From Takakia lepidozioides (Eukaryota > Plantae > Bryophyta): a DNA stretch of 64,000 nucleotides. The stretch covers positions 28,396,001 through 28,460,000 of the forward strand of contig CM060731.1 of assembly GCA_030704615.1 (NCBI GenBank). The letters are read 5' to 3'. The notes beneath the pieces were generated by a model. It was not told the DNA's origin, ran no database searches, and saw only the letters and a program-made list of their open reading frames with translations. Positions 1 through 13,900 of this stretch are shown in pieces. Made by a program: the position numbers and the translations under genes. The first letter of the stretch is position 1, and each line of letters begins with the position of its first letter.

Positions 1-3000
1 AGCTCAAGGCAATGCACCACCGCCTTCATTTTTTTCTCGTGCGTAGGCCACCGTCGCTCCATTTCATTCATTTTCTTACTTTCGTAAGCCACTGGACGTC
101 CATCCTGCATGAGTACACCTCCAATCGCGAAGTCCGACGCATCCGTATGAATCTCAAATGGGCGGTCGAACTCCGGGATTTTCAGGACTGGAGCTTCCGC
201 CATCTGCTGCTTCAACTCGGCAAAAGCTTGGCCATAAAAGGTGTTTCATACCCAGACTTGGATTTACACAGGAGGTCTGACAGCGGCCCCGCGATCTTGG
301 CGAAATTTCTCACATACTTTTGGTGATAGGAGGCGAGTCCTAAGAATGATCGCACTCCTGGGACCGAAGTCGGAGGCTCCCAGTCCAAGATTGCTCTCAC
401 ATTTCTGTCATCCATTTTGATCCCATCCTGTGTAATCACATGCCCCAAGAACTCCACTTTTGTGACCCCGAATTCGCACTTTGAAGCTTTGGCATACAGC
501 TTCCCTTCCCGCAATTTCTGGAACACCCTTTTTAGGTGCTCCAGGTGTTCTTCCTTTGTTTTCGAGTACACCAAGATGTCGTCGATGTACACGATCACAA
601 AGTCATCCAACCACTCTTAGAAAAGGCTGTTCATTAGCGTGCTAAAGATCGCGGGTGCGTTGGTGAGCCCAAAAGGCATCACAAAGAACTCGTACGAACC
701 ATATCTTGTCTTGCATGCGGTCTTCTCTTCATCTCCTTCCGCCACTCGAATTTGATGATAGCCGGAGCGCAAATCGATCCGGCTGAAATACTTCGCTCCT
801 GCCAACCGATCAAAAAGGTCGTCGATCCTTGGCAAAAGGTACCATTGATAGTCACCTTATTCAGAGCCCTGTAATCGACACACATCCGCAGCGTCCCATC
901 CTTCTTGTCTGCGAATAGCACCGGGGCCCCGTAAGGTGACTTACTCGGCCGGATGTACCCTTTTGACATTAGATCTTTGAGCTGAGTTTTCAGCTCGACC
1001 AACTCTCTGTGGCTCAACCGGTAGGGCGCCTTGGCAGGCGGCTCCGATCCCAGTATCACCTCAATCTTGTGGTCAACTCCCCTTCGCGGTGGCAAGCCGC
1101 TTGATAAATCCTCCGACATCACATCCTGGGTATTTCTCCAAAATCCCCTTGATCCAATCTGGGCTCGGCTCCCCATCGCCTTCTTCCTTCACTTGTCTTA
1201 CATAAAGCAAAAACTGGGGCTCGTGTGACTCCTCCACGGCCCACCTTGCTGACAGAAGGTTTATTCGCCCTCCCACGGGATTGGGCGTTTCCGACACTCG
1301 TAAAACTTCGCCACCATTCCCACACGGTCGCGTGACTACTCTCTTGCGGCCATCTATGACCGCTCCGGATCTGCTCAAAAAGGTCATCCCCAAAATGAGA
1401 TCCACTCCATCGATCTCGCAAATGGTGAAGTTCTCACGTCCCTCCCAATTCCCGAGCTGAAGAGGAACATCGAACGCCAACCTTGTCGCCAATTGTGGTT
1501 CTCCTTTAGCAGAACGCACCTCCATAGAGGCCCCCACATCACTTGTCGGGAGTCCCAGCTTCCGTGCCGTTGCCGGTGTCATGAAGGAGTGCGACGCTCA
1601 TGTGTCCACCAACAAGGACACGTTTGTTCCGGAAATTATCCCACTCACAAACAATAACTGACTCCCTTTGCGCAGGGCGCCAGTCTTCTGATACAACTCA
1701 CAAGAGTAGTTGGCTACCTTGCAAGTCTTGGCAACCACCGCCTCCACCAAGCGGCTAATGGAATCCTCGGACAACTCCGTGGTTGCTCGAGTCATGTTCA
1801 ATTGTCGGGGTTTCGTGCACTTTTTAGCTATGTGCCCGGGTTCCCCGCAATTAAAGCACACTCCATCGAAGGTCGCCTTCTGTCCGCCATAAGCTGCTGC
1901 ACCTGGTTTTCCTTTCGAGGCACCGGGTGTTGTCTTGACGTGTGAGGGCCCTCCCTTCGATTTCCATGTGTCATTGTCGCAGCGTGGCCTATCCCACTTC
2001 TTTTCCGGTCGGAAGGAGTCACCTTCCCGCTGGACCTTCTTGTGGTTCAGCGCGTACGGCCTTGTCTTTCGCCCCTATGGACATCCGAGAAACATTCAAC
2101 TCTCTCAATTGCCTCGTTCAAAGTCTTTCGTGGCTTTTCCTCCAACTTCCGCTTGGCCCATGGGGCTAGTCCCGCCACAAAGTTGAAGACCATTTCTGGT
2201 TCTGTCATGTCTGCGACTTCGAGCAACAGCACATTGAAAGCCTGAACATATCCCCGAATGTCATCCAAATTCCTCATCTTGTCCCGGACGAACCAAGACG
2301 CGTTGAGGGGCACAAACTGTCTCTTCATGAGTTCGTTGAACCCACTCCAGTTCAAGGTCTCCGGGTTTGGACCTCGGTCGTGAAGGCATTTTCCCCACCA
2401 TTGTTGAGCATAGCCCCCTCAAATAGGTGGGAGTCACTTCCACCCAATCCTTGTTACTCAACTTGGCCGCCCGGAAGTATTGCTCTAGCTCCAAGAGCCA
2501 GGTGTTGAGTGCCTTCCGATTTCGGACGCCCTCGAAGGTGCCGGGTTGTTTAGGCTTCACCTTAAACTTTGCCTTAGTGGAAGTGGCATTAGCCGCCTTC
2601 AACACGTCTTTCAACGTCCCGCCAAACTACGCCAACAACCCTTCCCAAAAGGCTGCTGGCATGGGATGCATCTGTTGGTCTATCGGAGCTCTCTGAAAGT
2701 CCTCGGGCTCTGACTCCTCAGATTCCTCCCGTTCTTGAGCGGCCTCGCTTCCAAAGGCATGCATCACTTCCTCAAATAGCCGCTTCGGTGACACGTCGCC
2801 CCCATCGGGCTCACCAAGATCATCATCTTTCGGACCGTTTCGCTTTCGCTTTGGCTTGCCCGACCCCATGATGAGGCCGATCCCAAAGACGATCGCGTAC
2901 TGAACTCTAAGCTCTGATATCAAATGTCGCGCACCTCACTTCGGTAAGCTCCCTTTCAAGTCATAGCTACTCGCTTTGATGCGCGCGCCTAACTCCCAAC

Positions 3001-3648
3001 CCGGCCGCCGGGCCAACTCGGAGCTTCGGCTGCTCACCGGGACATAACGGTCCCCCTTTATTCTTCCCCGAAATCCTCCACCAATTTGGAACTAGTGGAA
3101 ATTCCCTTTGGTAGATGGCAGTCCGGAATAGCTCCCCACTCCTTGGTCGCTTTCCGGCTCACTCGCTTCCTCACTATTTTTGAACACAACGGGCTTGCAC
3201 CGTTCTCGGGGTTACTACTCCCTATATATACTTCTGTGACTGTCCGCGGGGGTTTCATAAACAACCATGCCATTTTATGGTGAACCGCCACGAAAACCTC
3301 GACTCCCGGTGATGAGTCGCGGTAAGTCTTGGCCCACCCACCACGGTCCCATTGGACCGTGATGAGTCCCAAGACTCCTCACAACTCCCACCACAAGGTC
3401 TTCGCTCCCATGGTGAGTCCTATGCCACCCCCACTAAGTCCCACTAAGCTACCACCACCCTTCGTGGAACCACCCCCACCGCAACCCGGTGTGCGGGGCT
3501 CCACCTAGTGAGCGCCTCCACTTCCTTGAGTGCCTTGGGCACTCAAGGGTGCTTCAGCCCCTCGCATCTATTGTTGCCACTACCCCCACCACAGGGGCAG
3601 CCCCTCTCGTGTCCCGACCCCCTACCCTCAAGGCAAAGGGCCGCGACA
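1..3648 (-). mobile_element. Degenerate Ty3/Gypsy chromovirus copy, 5' part only (continues left of the window); same family as 53642-60661
   Basis: Fragmented gag, zinc knuckle [14 protein letters not shown], protease, RT (YIDD) and RNase H ORFs, collinear with the intact polyprotein at 55296-59858 but broken by many frameshifts and stops. 5' LTR at 2925-3648; mutated Met-type PBS at 2911-2922 (TGATATCAGAGC on minus). Confidence 0.95.
2925..3648 (-). repeat. 5' LTR of the degenerate chromovirus
   Basis: Ends TGTCGCG...CGCGACA; clearly homologous to the LTRs at 53642-54390 and 59914-60661; TATA-like TATATATAG on minus near 3222-3230. Confidence 0.95.
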
Positions 3649-3789
3649 ATAGCGGGCCCCATGTTCCATCAATCATCAAGCTTTACAAAGCTCACTAATG
3701 CGGGTCCGTTTCTATCAGTCGAGTAATGTGGCTCCAATCGTTTAGTCTACTAGTGTATGAGTCCTTGATCGATCCAGCAATCGGCCATA

Positions 3790-3930
3790 TGCCACGTCCA
3801 AGCTCGACGCTTCCTTCTGCGGGGCCCTTTCCATCAACTGTACACCCCAAGCTTCAAGCCGTCATGTGCCACACCCAAGCTTGACGCTTCCTTCTGCGGG
3901 GCAACTCTACACCCCAAGCTTCAAGCCGCC
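3790..3930. repeat. Short imperfect tandem duplication (about 75 bp, 2 copies)
   Basis: The unit ccaagct(c/t)gacgcttccttctgcggggc...ct(g/c)tacaccccaagcttcaagccg occurs twice. Confidence 0.75.
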
Positions 3931-4419
3931 TCACGACATTACATCAGCTCTTCACCTTGGCAAAACTCCCTGGACAGAACTCATAACCCTAGCCAAGGAC
4001 TCACACCTCAAAACTGCCCTACCAACCACTTATAATCTTAGGTTATTAGACCCAATATATATATATTCATAACCGTTAGGCTTAAAAAAAACCCAACAGG
4101 TTGTCTACATCAGTTTCAAAATTTTGGCCTCCGCCGGTTATTATTTTGACCGGTTACTTGTATGCCTACACTCTACCAGTTCTTAACAGGACCGGTTATT
4201 TCAATTTATCTCCTGTAGTTATATGTATATATAACCAGATAGATAACCAACTGTTATTAGAGACAAAAATAAATAACCGCCCAACATTGGTTTAAACCCT
4301 TGACCTCTCCAATACTACACCGGTAGTTCACTGCACACTAACCAGTAAAAACATTAACTATCTATGTGTATAAGATATATTTTTATTGTATATATATGAC
4401 AACATACATATCATATACA

Positions 4420-4890
4420 TCAACTGGCTTTAAGAAATGCACGTGTTACGTGGTACAACAGGGCGTAGCATGGTGCCACGTGGCATCGTGTGCAAGATTT
4501 TTCATATTTTTGAATTTAAATTTTTTATGAAAATAATATTTGTTTTTCTAAAAAATTGATGAATTGCCTCTCATCACTTGGTGCGGCGTGGTGCCACGTG
4601 GCGCAGTTTGCATGTTTTTTTTATAAATATTTTTGAATTTGAAATGGATAAAAAATAAAAATAAAAATAAAAAACTTGATGAATAACATCTCACCACGTG
4701 GCAGTGCGAAATACCGTGCCTTCATCCATGAGTACACTACATTTTTGAAGCCATGGCCCGTGACTTTTCAAATTGGCAGAGTCATATGTATGACTTTGTA
4801 TTGCCAATGCTTCTTTGAGTCATGGCTTTAGTCATGAAATCCATGACTTAAGAATATGAAGTGTCATGAAAACCATTTTTTGGCGTAGTG
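4420..4890. mobile_element. CACTA (En/Spm) transposon terminus with subterminal repeats
   Basis: The reverse complement of the end reads CACTACGCCAAAAAATGGTTTTCATGAC. Repeated CATGAC/GTCATG and GCCACGTGGC palindromes lie inside it. The partner TIR was not found in the window. Confidence 0.6.
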
Positions 4891-7800
4891 GGACATTTCC
4901 TACATCACAGATTGCATAGGGGGGAACACTTAAAAGGCTCAGGTTGTGGGGAATCACTCATCGCGTTAACGGGGGAACATGAGCTGACGACCGTGGGAGG
5001 TAAGCATCAGCCGCAAGTGCAGGGGATCAATCTACACAACCTCAGGTTCCCTAGGGGGCTGGCATGTAGTATTAGCCTTCGGCCATGTGGGGAAATGATT
5101 GTGCGTGTGAGTCCCTGCCACAACTCCAATCCCCCGCCTGTCTTGCCCCCTCCCTGGTCCGAAACAACCGGGGAAATAAATTGATGTTATGAGAATGTTG
5201 TTGATGACCCCGGATGTTCGGCATTTGCTTCCATGTGAAACACTATCCAGAACCGCACAAGAAGCCAATGTCGTTTTGTTGGTCTTGAAATGTTAAGGTC
5301 ATCCCCAACTTCCTCCTTTCATTCCTGTTTCCTTTAGATGTTTTCGGTATTCAACCCTCGTCAGGTCTTTCCAGGGCCATCCTTTGGCGGATGTAAAGTG
5401 GGGTAGTAGCCCCATGGAACTCATCCAACTATTCTCAAGTGATACTGCAAGAAGTAACGATCGTTAGGTCGTGAGCCTATGAGCGTACGCTCACGCTTTG
5501 ATGACGTGGCGTGAGCGTAAGCTCATGCTTGTCCACGTGGACAAATCTGCGCTCATGGCACGTCATCAAATGGTAAAAGAGCCTATTCAGGTGGATATGG
5601 ACCCTATTACCATAAAGTAGCCTATGGCAATACAGAAAAACATCGAATCCTCAATTCATATTCATATCGCTGATGGTTATAACCACACCATTGTGATCTG
5701 CTATAAACCACATTGTGCAACATTGATGCAATAGAGACGATATGAGAGGGTGGGGGGAAAAAATGAATGTGTTGATGCACACATTTCTTCCAGCAACCAA
5801 ACCCTCCTTTTGGAAGTTTTGTTTTTTTGGAAGGGGGGGGTTGGTTTGTTGGGGAAAAATGCGTGCATTGACAACCCCCCGCCCAAATCCCCACCAAGAA
5901 AAAACTTTTTTTTTCTTTGTTTTAAGGGGGGGGATGTTGTTGCCGGAAAAAATGCGTGCGGTGACGCACACCTTTTTTCCAACAACAAAAAATCCCCCCT
6001 CCCCACCAGAAAAATAAATAAATACATACATAAAACTTTTTTTTTTCCTTTGTTTGAGGAGGGGGTTTGTTGCCAGAAAAATCCATGCGTTTATGCACAC
6101 CCTTTTTCCAGCAACCCTATTTGAAGTGAGTGCAACCACCTACGCCACTCCTTCTGATAGGGGATCACAGTGTAGGGGATCAATGCCTTGTGAGTTGTGT
6201 ATTTGGGATGACAACGTTGGGGGTGGGGGTGACATCTGTCTTTTAGTGTGGTAGATAACGTTGAGAAGGAGGATGCCCATGTAAAATTTGCCATAGGCGA
6301 AGTGGTGCGAGCGACGAAGGTGTTGTTGATGGCTCGTCACGACCTCTATGCTTGGTGTATGGTACCCTCATCTTTGGAGAATTCGCTTTTCCCTAATAGA
6401 CGAGAATTTGTGGCAGTTGTCCTAAGCATCCACAAGGTCGCTGGGGATAGATCCTCATCCTCACACCAACACACAACACTGTAGGTGTTGCAGGGGGATC
6501 TCCGCATATGCCCTTCTGCACGCCGGCTGGGGGAAAGTAATCTTCATCGCAATCATCTTTTGTCAAATTTCCCCTCTTTCACACTCCTCCTATTTCCTCC
6601 TCCAAACCCGTTCACACACACCACACCCCCCCCCCCCCCCCCCGGGCGCGCACCCCCTTCCTTGCATGGTTCTCCCTCTCTGGGCTTGTCTTTCTCTGCT
6701 CCCATGTCATCCGCAGCCTCTGGTTCGTTTGTCCCCAATGTGGAGAGACAGGGGTCTGGTCCCCCCTCACCAGACTTCTGTTTTACTATGTGTAGCCTTC
6801 ATTTTGCCTATCGTTCCTCCCGCAACGTCTCTGATCCCCCTTGGACATCGGCCTTGTATTATCCCCCTACGTCTGTTCCCTCTTCCCCACACTTTGTGTC
6901 TAATCCTCTCTCCACACTGGCCCTTGATTATGCCTCCCCCCAGTCTCTTTCTGATCCCCCCTCACCTGTCTCTCTCACCCCTCTTTCCCGCCGTCTTTGC
7001 TCTCTGCTTGCCCCACTTCTGTTTCTCATCCTCTCTCACCACCTTCTTGTCACCCCTCACCCGTCTACACACAACCATCCTTGCCTTTGCCCTTTCTAGA
7101 TCAACTTCTCCTTAATCTCTCTTTGCTCCCCACTTGTCTTCGTCGCCAGTACGTGATCCCCCAATCGATGAGATCCCGACCAAGAAATCAATATCCCCAA
7201 GGTGCTGCAGTTCCCTGTATTCCTCCCCGGAGTAGTGGATGCAATACATGCGAGCATTCGCAACCTATGGGAAAATAATAACTTTAGGAGCCAAGAATCT
7301 ATCTATGCGATTATGGGGAAGGCAAGAGCTAAATATGGCTATGATGTTGTACTTCAATCTATCAATCCACAGTGGCTTCTTACCTAGACTGGTCCCACGG
7401 AACCCACTTTCAATTTCTAGGCCCTCACTATTCTCAACGCGGGCTACCTCGCTATTTTGTTTGTACAGGAAGCCACAAATCAGAACCTTATTGTCTACCC
7501 CTTCAACATTGACACCATAACCCTGTCTCTTCACCTCAACTCCACTCAACTGCTCATCCTCCCCACTATCCCCTTAACACTTGTGAGAATTTGTTGTTGG
7601 TCCTCTACCTCTAAACGGTGAATCCTCAACCATCCCCAACAGTTCACCTTACAAAGTGGCTGGCATCCAACAGGTTCATATGGATTTCAAGGAGACCCCT
7701 GGCTGAACTTCACTTCGACCCCCAAGGAATGGTCATGGACTTTCTCGAGAGCCTCTGATCTCTTCTTCACGTATACCACAAAGAAAGTCTACAAGGCTCT

Positions 7801-8603
7801 TACGAATTATGCAAAGCCCATGCAGGCCAAATGGGATACAAGGAGGGAGAATCATGGATTTCAAATGAAAACTGGCCTGCTATATGGGTCTAAGTCTGGA
7901 TCAAATCACGCCCAACTCAAATTTGTATCATTCCTTTGGTAAATCGCTAACAGCATACTGAAAGTAGGTGAACGGCTACAATTTCAAGCTGCTCTCCTAT
8001 ATGCATGTTGTTCCTCTAGGATCATAGAATCCATTGAACACAGTCTTGTTTCCTGTCACGCCCCTGCTAAGATTTGGCAAAATGTGTGTAGACATCTAGC
8101 GAAATCCACAGAACGCAAATTATGCAATCCACGCTGTCTTCCGAGACACTTGGGCCTGTCAAGGGATCATACGCTACAGTGCTTCACAAGACCTCTGTGT
8201 TTGGACCAAGCATCCCCCCGCCTGCTGGCGAGCTCTCCGCGCCACCGTCCACTGCCTCCCCCGAGTTCGAACGTGAGATTAATTGGAAACACCTCCAGAC
8301 TTCCACGAAAGCCTCAGAGCTTCATTAACGATGACTTTGCTTTGGACTTATCACAGTTAATGGTTCTTCTTGGTGACAGTTTACCTCATTCACTAGCCTT
8401 AAAGATGGCTAATTTGTTTGTGCCCTTTTGGTCTGGCCTTTTTTTCGCTTTTTGGCCCCTAGTTCCCTCCATGAGGGGCCAAGTTCGCATCTTCACTGAC
8501 TACTGTGTCTGATGGTATGCTTGGGGGTTAAATTTTTTTCCCCAAATCATTCCAAATAAAGTTTCAACAAGGGCCTCTGTCCCCTGTTTATATTTTAAAA
8601 AGA
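4891..8603 (+). mobile_element. Highly decayed L1-like LINE remnant (possible ORF1 relic, zf-RVT C-terminus and 3' tail)
   Basis: About 7920-8095 translates to FVSFLW*IANSILKVGERL...ESIEHSLVSCHAPAKIWQNV, resembling zf-RVT. About 6250-6520 resembles plant L1 ORF1 (AIGEVV...CRCC..H..C). It ends in AATAAA...AGGGCCTCTGTCCCCT and an A-rich tail. The 5' boundary is uncertain. Confidence 0.5.
5745..6120. repeat. Tandem array of palindromic (fold-back) units, about 4 copies of 85-130 bp
   Basis: Recurring GGGGG..TTGTTG..GAAAAAATGCGTGC..TGA.GCACAC.TTTTTCCA.CAAC..CCCCC. Confidence 0.7.
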
Positions 8604-8735
8604 GGGTCCAATTCTTTAAGTGTTGATTCTCCAAGACCTTCTTGCAGGTGCTCGCTCATCTAATTAGGCAATACGGGAAAATTGTGCCCTAAAAGCTTGC
8701 AGCGAGCGATCTCGCCGGGTCTTTGCGTTGCAGCG

Positions 8736-9594
8736 ATGGCAGGGTCAGGTGGGTCGGGTCCCTACTCGGGCACCAGCACTTTGGCTCTCGTAAGTCTCTC
8801 CGTTGCCCCCTTTTTCCGTTGCATCTCCTTCTGTTCATGATTCTGCCAAAACATTCTGCGATAGGGCAGTTAATCTAGCGAAGAATCCGTGGTAGGTGGG
8901 CATGGTCGTCATTTGATAAGGATGTTGTGGTGCAGGGCCCGCATCACTTTACTGTCAGGCTTTGGCAACTCAGAAGGGCCTATGGCTCTTGTTTGATTGG
9001 TTTCCATGGCAGCATTATAATTGCCTTGTGCCGGGGTGCGGGGTGGGGGTAGCGGGTGGGTAGAAGGTGGGGCGGTGGTTTGGATGTGGAGAGGGTTTAT
9101 ATTTGATGGAACAAAGTCGGCGGTGATTCTGAACATGGATGCAGGTAGCACGCGTAAGTGCCTTCTCGCTTGGTGTGGCCTACGGAGCCATGAAGCTTGC
9201 TTATCTTAAGGTACTAATTCACGCATTCAATAAGATTGCGCATATTCGCCCTTTCTAAATTTTGCAAAGGGCTCTGAGTCAGGCAGTGCTGCAGGATATC
9301 ATCGATTCTGATCTGGTAGCTTTCATGTGCCATTCTGATTAGTGTAATCAACTACAATGCTGTGCTGCTGTATTGGTAGGGTTACTTAAATCTCTGGTTT
9401 CATCAAATCTCCTTCAGATTGCTGATGGGCTGAGAGGGTATCTCTGTTGGGGTACATGTATGATTCTGTTATTGTATCTGGGAGCAAGGGTCAAAGAGGG
9501 TGGGATGGGGGTGGTTTATGGTAAGGATAAGAAGGCCGATGGATGGGTGGTGCAGGCAAAGGCAAAGGCAAAGACAAACAAGCAAGGTCAGTGA
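8736..9594 (+). CDS. ATP21: Mitochondrial F1Fo ATP synthase subunit e (plant type), 3 exons, 52 aa
   Basis: Exons 8736-8789, 9145-9210 and 9556-9594 with GT-AG junctions give MAGSGGSGPYSGTSTLAL|VARVSAFSLGVAYGAMKLAYLK|AKAKAKTNKQGQ*, matching the plant subunit e signature GPYSGTSTLALVAR.SAF..G..YG..KL..LK. Confidence 0.9.
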
Positions 9595-10816
9595 AGGCTG
9601 TTGGTGGCAGCTGGCACTAGCAAGGAAGCCCGCCATGCACCCTTCAAGACGTGCACACGAGTGTGACTGTGTGGTCTGCCAAGGCAGTACATGTAGCTGG
9701 GTGTGGACTAGTAGGTGGTTTTGCCCTGTGAACAGTGTGACGGTGGTTGTGATGGAGGTAGCACATTTGCTACCTTTGGAGAAGTCCCACGGTCATTGAT
9801 GTTGCAAACCATGTTGCGTGTCTATAACAATCAAATCCATTCTTGATAAGAATAAGCTGCTTGTTTTGATATAGGTCATAAGCTCTTCTAGACATGCCTC
9901 ATGCATTTCTAAGAGGTAATTCATGGCTTTAGTGCTGAAAGAGTGCGGTCATAGATCAGCGTCAGTACTTTCCAGTTTTCATGACAATGGAGGTGAGGGA
10001 ACCTTCAGTTTTACATGGATCATCTTTGTTAATCAGCAGGTAGCTTCTTAGGATAGTGGGACCAGGGATGATAGGATGGATTGGATTGCTCACTGTTAGA
10101 GAGAGTGGTATTTTTGACTTGGGAGTGCACTCGTGGGCAGAGCATGAGGGTGCAGGACCTGTGTCAAAGCCTAATCAGTATGGCTTATCGTTTTTACCAG
10201 GATGTCAAGGGCTCTAATGAAAGTGGAAAGGCAGGTGAAGTATTTGTGTGCTTCAGTAAATCACATAGTAGTTGGAGGGTTGAGATAACGTTACACTTCC
10301 CTTTTTGTATGTGATTTCTCTTCACATATGCACTCTCTGTCCAAAGTTCCACACGTCATTGCGCACTTCATAGGGGGGATCGCTCCCAGGTGTTCTCCAG
10401 GGGGAAAACAACTTGGTTAGAATGTGTGAATCTCTACCTTGGTAGGAATCTACACCTCCCACCTCCATATGGATTCACCTCAATCACATGCTGGTTTGAT
10501 CCTCTTTGGTAGAAGAATGAGGCTGCCCAGGATTACCCCTTGGATGTGCCTGAAGTGCGGAAACTATGTGCTAAAACTTGTCAGATTTTTCACTGAAAAT
10601 TGCACGCACTATTGAAATTTGGATGTTTATTGGGTAAGAAGTAAACAAAGATTTGCTTGTATGTTACAGAAGTTGAACAGCACCAAATGTCACATCGCTT
10701 GAGAACAGAAAGTGTTTACTCCCAGGGCCTGCTGGAAAGCTGGTGGCTTAAAACAATAACCTCAATAATGGAAACCTATGGATGACATGTGCCTCACACT
10801 GCCCGTTGTATATTTG

Positions 10817-10902
10817 CTCATGGCTCCCCAAGATGAAGAAGTCCTTTGAATGGCTTAATTCATGGCTCCCCAAGATGAAGAAGTCCTTTGAATGGCTTAA
10901 TT
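10817..10902. repeat. 42-bp tandem duplication overlapping the RING1 stop codon and 3' UTR
   Basis: tcatggctccccaagatgaagaagtcctttgaatggcttaat occurs twice in tandem. Confidence 0.9.
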
Positions 10903-13900
10903 CTTCCGCCGATACAGCAACTCCTGCAAGTACTCCCCCACCAAAAATATCCAAAAATATATATTAAGCCACAGATGTTTGGTATACAAACCATTTGAGA
11001 GGCTGTGATCCCAGGACTGATTTCAACCTGGCACTCCAAACCAGTAATGCAATAAAGAGGGCCCAATAAATGAAATTTTTGACCCCTTATTCCTAGACTG
11101 TATGTGACTACCCTCCGTTGCTGTCAGATTCGACACAAATTAATGATATTTTGGGTTGTTGAAATTTTTGGATTAACTCAAGTGATATGTCTAAAAATCC
11201 ATAAATATTACATACTCAGCTTGTCCAAAAATAAGAAAATTTGGAAAATCTCAAAAAATCTACTAAAGGACAGAATACATACTCGTGCTACTCTGGACAC
11301 TGCCCAAAATGCGAAAAATTTCAATCCTAAACCGCCGAAACCCTGGAGTATAAAATATGAGGTGCCAAATGGACTGAGCCTCCAAAAGATAATTATTTCG
11401 GCACTGTGCTGTCGAATCTGACAGCAACATCCGGTACTTTTCCTCTTTGAGGCAACCTCTTTACATAACTCCGAGGCTAAGTAAATTGCCATCATCTTTC
11501 AGCATTCTAGCATAGGAAGGCAAACAGGAACTGTGTCAGGCCTTCACTCTGAAATCCCTGTATTCGTCCAATTTTCAGACAATGAAAGCTATGACATGAA
11601 ACAGAGTCCAATTTTAGTTGTCCTCTAAATTATAGATCTAGACAGCTCTATTAAGCTCCCCTTCAGGTGGCAAGATTTGAGGGTAACTTACAAGGTTACG
11701 ACGGTAATCCCAGAAATCACAAAGCACAGTTGCGACTGTTTGCCCTGACGAGAGAAGCATGACTTCCTTGCCACTCTCTGCTCTTGAAGTCCATGCCTTC
11801 CCTTTAGAAAGCTTGCTCAATCGCTGAGGAGGCTTTGGAAGTACAACCTGCTCTGTTTTGCCCTCCACCAGAATCTCCAGCTCCGCCTCCGGTGGTGGAA
11901 GCAACCGGGCAGCAAGAAACTGTGAAACACTTTATGTTTCTCATTAGAAAGGTAAGGCCATCATCCACACCTGATCTATATTGTGTATCAGTAGACCAAC
12001 CTGTGGTGCTTGGAGCAGACAAGGTAGAGACTGAAAGAGCCTCAAAATGGAAAGTGCAGATACTCAAGGTTTGAAAACAGAAAACTTGTGCTACTTAATG
12101 CAGGAAAGTCAGAGGTTAGCACCCCTGCGAGTGGGAAGTCTTCCAGCACTTTGATTCAGCAAAATTATCATAGTGTGTCAAAACACATGAGGTCCAATAT
12201 GCTCTTTTTCCTCGCTGCAGCTGTAAGTTGCAAAACTTTGGAGAAGTCAGATATCGATGCATAGCTGCAGGGAACCTGATTTCACCAATCCAAACTTCTT
12301 TTCTTTGAGAAAAGGAAGTGGCAGGTAGGTGTCTTCTCCATCGGATATCATTACGTCAGCGATGCATTCCAGTGTGGTATGTAGCTGCAGTTTTAAAAGT
12401 AGAAAGGAAGAGGTGACAGCTGTTTGACCAAGAAAGAAAGGTAGGTGTTCCATTGGATATCATTACGTCAACGATGCATTCCAGTGTGGTATGTAGCTGC
12501 AGTTTGAAAAGTAGAAAGAAAGAGGTGACAGCTGTTTGACCGAGAAAGAAGAGTATTTCAGACAATACCTCACATATTTGTTGAATAGTCATGTTGGGTG
12601 GACAGCAAAGGTTTGGTCGTTTCAGGCTTGGCAAAGTATCCTCATCGTCTGATCCATCATTCAGCGGTTGCAAACTCAAATGCACAATAAACTGCACCAG
12701 TCTCATGTCAGTCTGAGTATGTAAGTTGAAATCCCCCTAAGCCATAACAAGGAAGGTTTTGATTTGTGTGTGTTCTATTACACCTATCTTGCATCCATTC
12801 GTTCATTGGAGCCTGGGATGTAAAACTGGAGGTGGCAGGGTCCCACTGCTATCCAGATCTAGATTACAAAACACTTCTGTAACCTTGCCTCCCCAATTGC
12901 TAGCCTTCTGTTTGTGACCATGTACTTTTTTCTAGATGAGCATGATAAGACTAAATAGAAGACTGCGCCAATGGGTCAGCTTGGAGATCAAGAGCATGAC
13001 AACATTTGTAGTTGTGAGCACACTGTTGAATATAAGATACTCACCTCATCCTCAATTTCTGTCAGGGCCGAAGCCTCCAAGGCATCCACAAGGTCCTTGG
13101 ACCGTGAGCATGACCTCAAACTGCGATTGTTGACGTTATTGCCAGGACCTCCACTGATGCTGCCGTAGCGGGTATGACTCCTCACGCCCGCCCTTGCCCA
13201 AGTCTTCAAGGCCTCCTCATTGGCAGGAGATGCACCCCCATCACTGTCTCTCACTATGGATTCAGTGGATCTTTCATCATCTGATGGAGAGGTGGATCCC
13301 TCCTCTCTCTCGTGCATAGCTGCTGTGATGCGCACAATGCCAGCAAACATTTTCATTTAGCTATCTCGTGAATCTGTTAGTCTGGGAAAATATTTGACCA
13401 GGCCTTAATGCTAGCAGCATGATAAATGTCCTTTGAAGTAGGCTACATTCCACATGAGTTCATAATTCCAAAAAAAGAATCATGAACTTGCAAAGACAGT
13501 TGCCTCTCCTGGTAATCTGTCATTAGCAACCAAAACTATAACAGCCATGGATTAGCGATAAATACCAACCATTTGCATTTTCAATGGGTGTTTTTAATCA
13601 GAACTGCTGTTGTATACCAGGACCTTGGCTTACCATACACAACATGGCATAACATATTGGCAAAGAATTCGCCCAGATTGTACCATACAAGAGGTGCACC
13701 CTTTCTTTCTCTCCTGCCCTGTGCACTGGGAGTCTTTCTTTTTTCTTTCGATAACTCCCTCTGTGACCTCCTAGACAAGCCTTCGAGGCTGCCTATGTCT
13801 AGAAATTCACCCAAATGGGAAGGGAAACCATGTGCCAGATCAGTGTGGATCTGATGGGTATGCTTGTGAACAATTGTCCCTCATTGAAAGCCTCAGGAAA

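Noticed and set aside
6485-7115. Overlapping 150-200 aa Pro/Ser/Leu-rich ORFs
   Set aside because: An artefact of a C/T-rich low-complexity tract with few stop codons.
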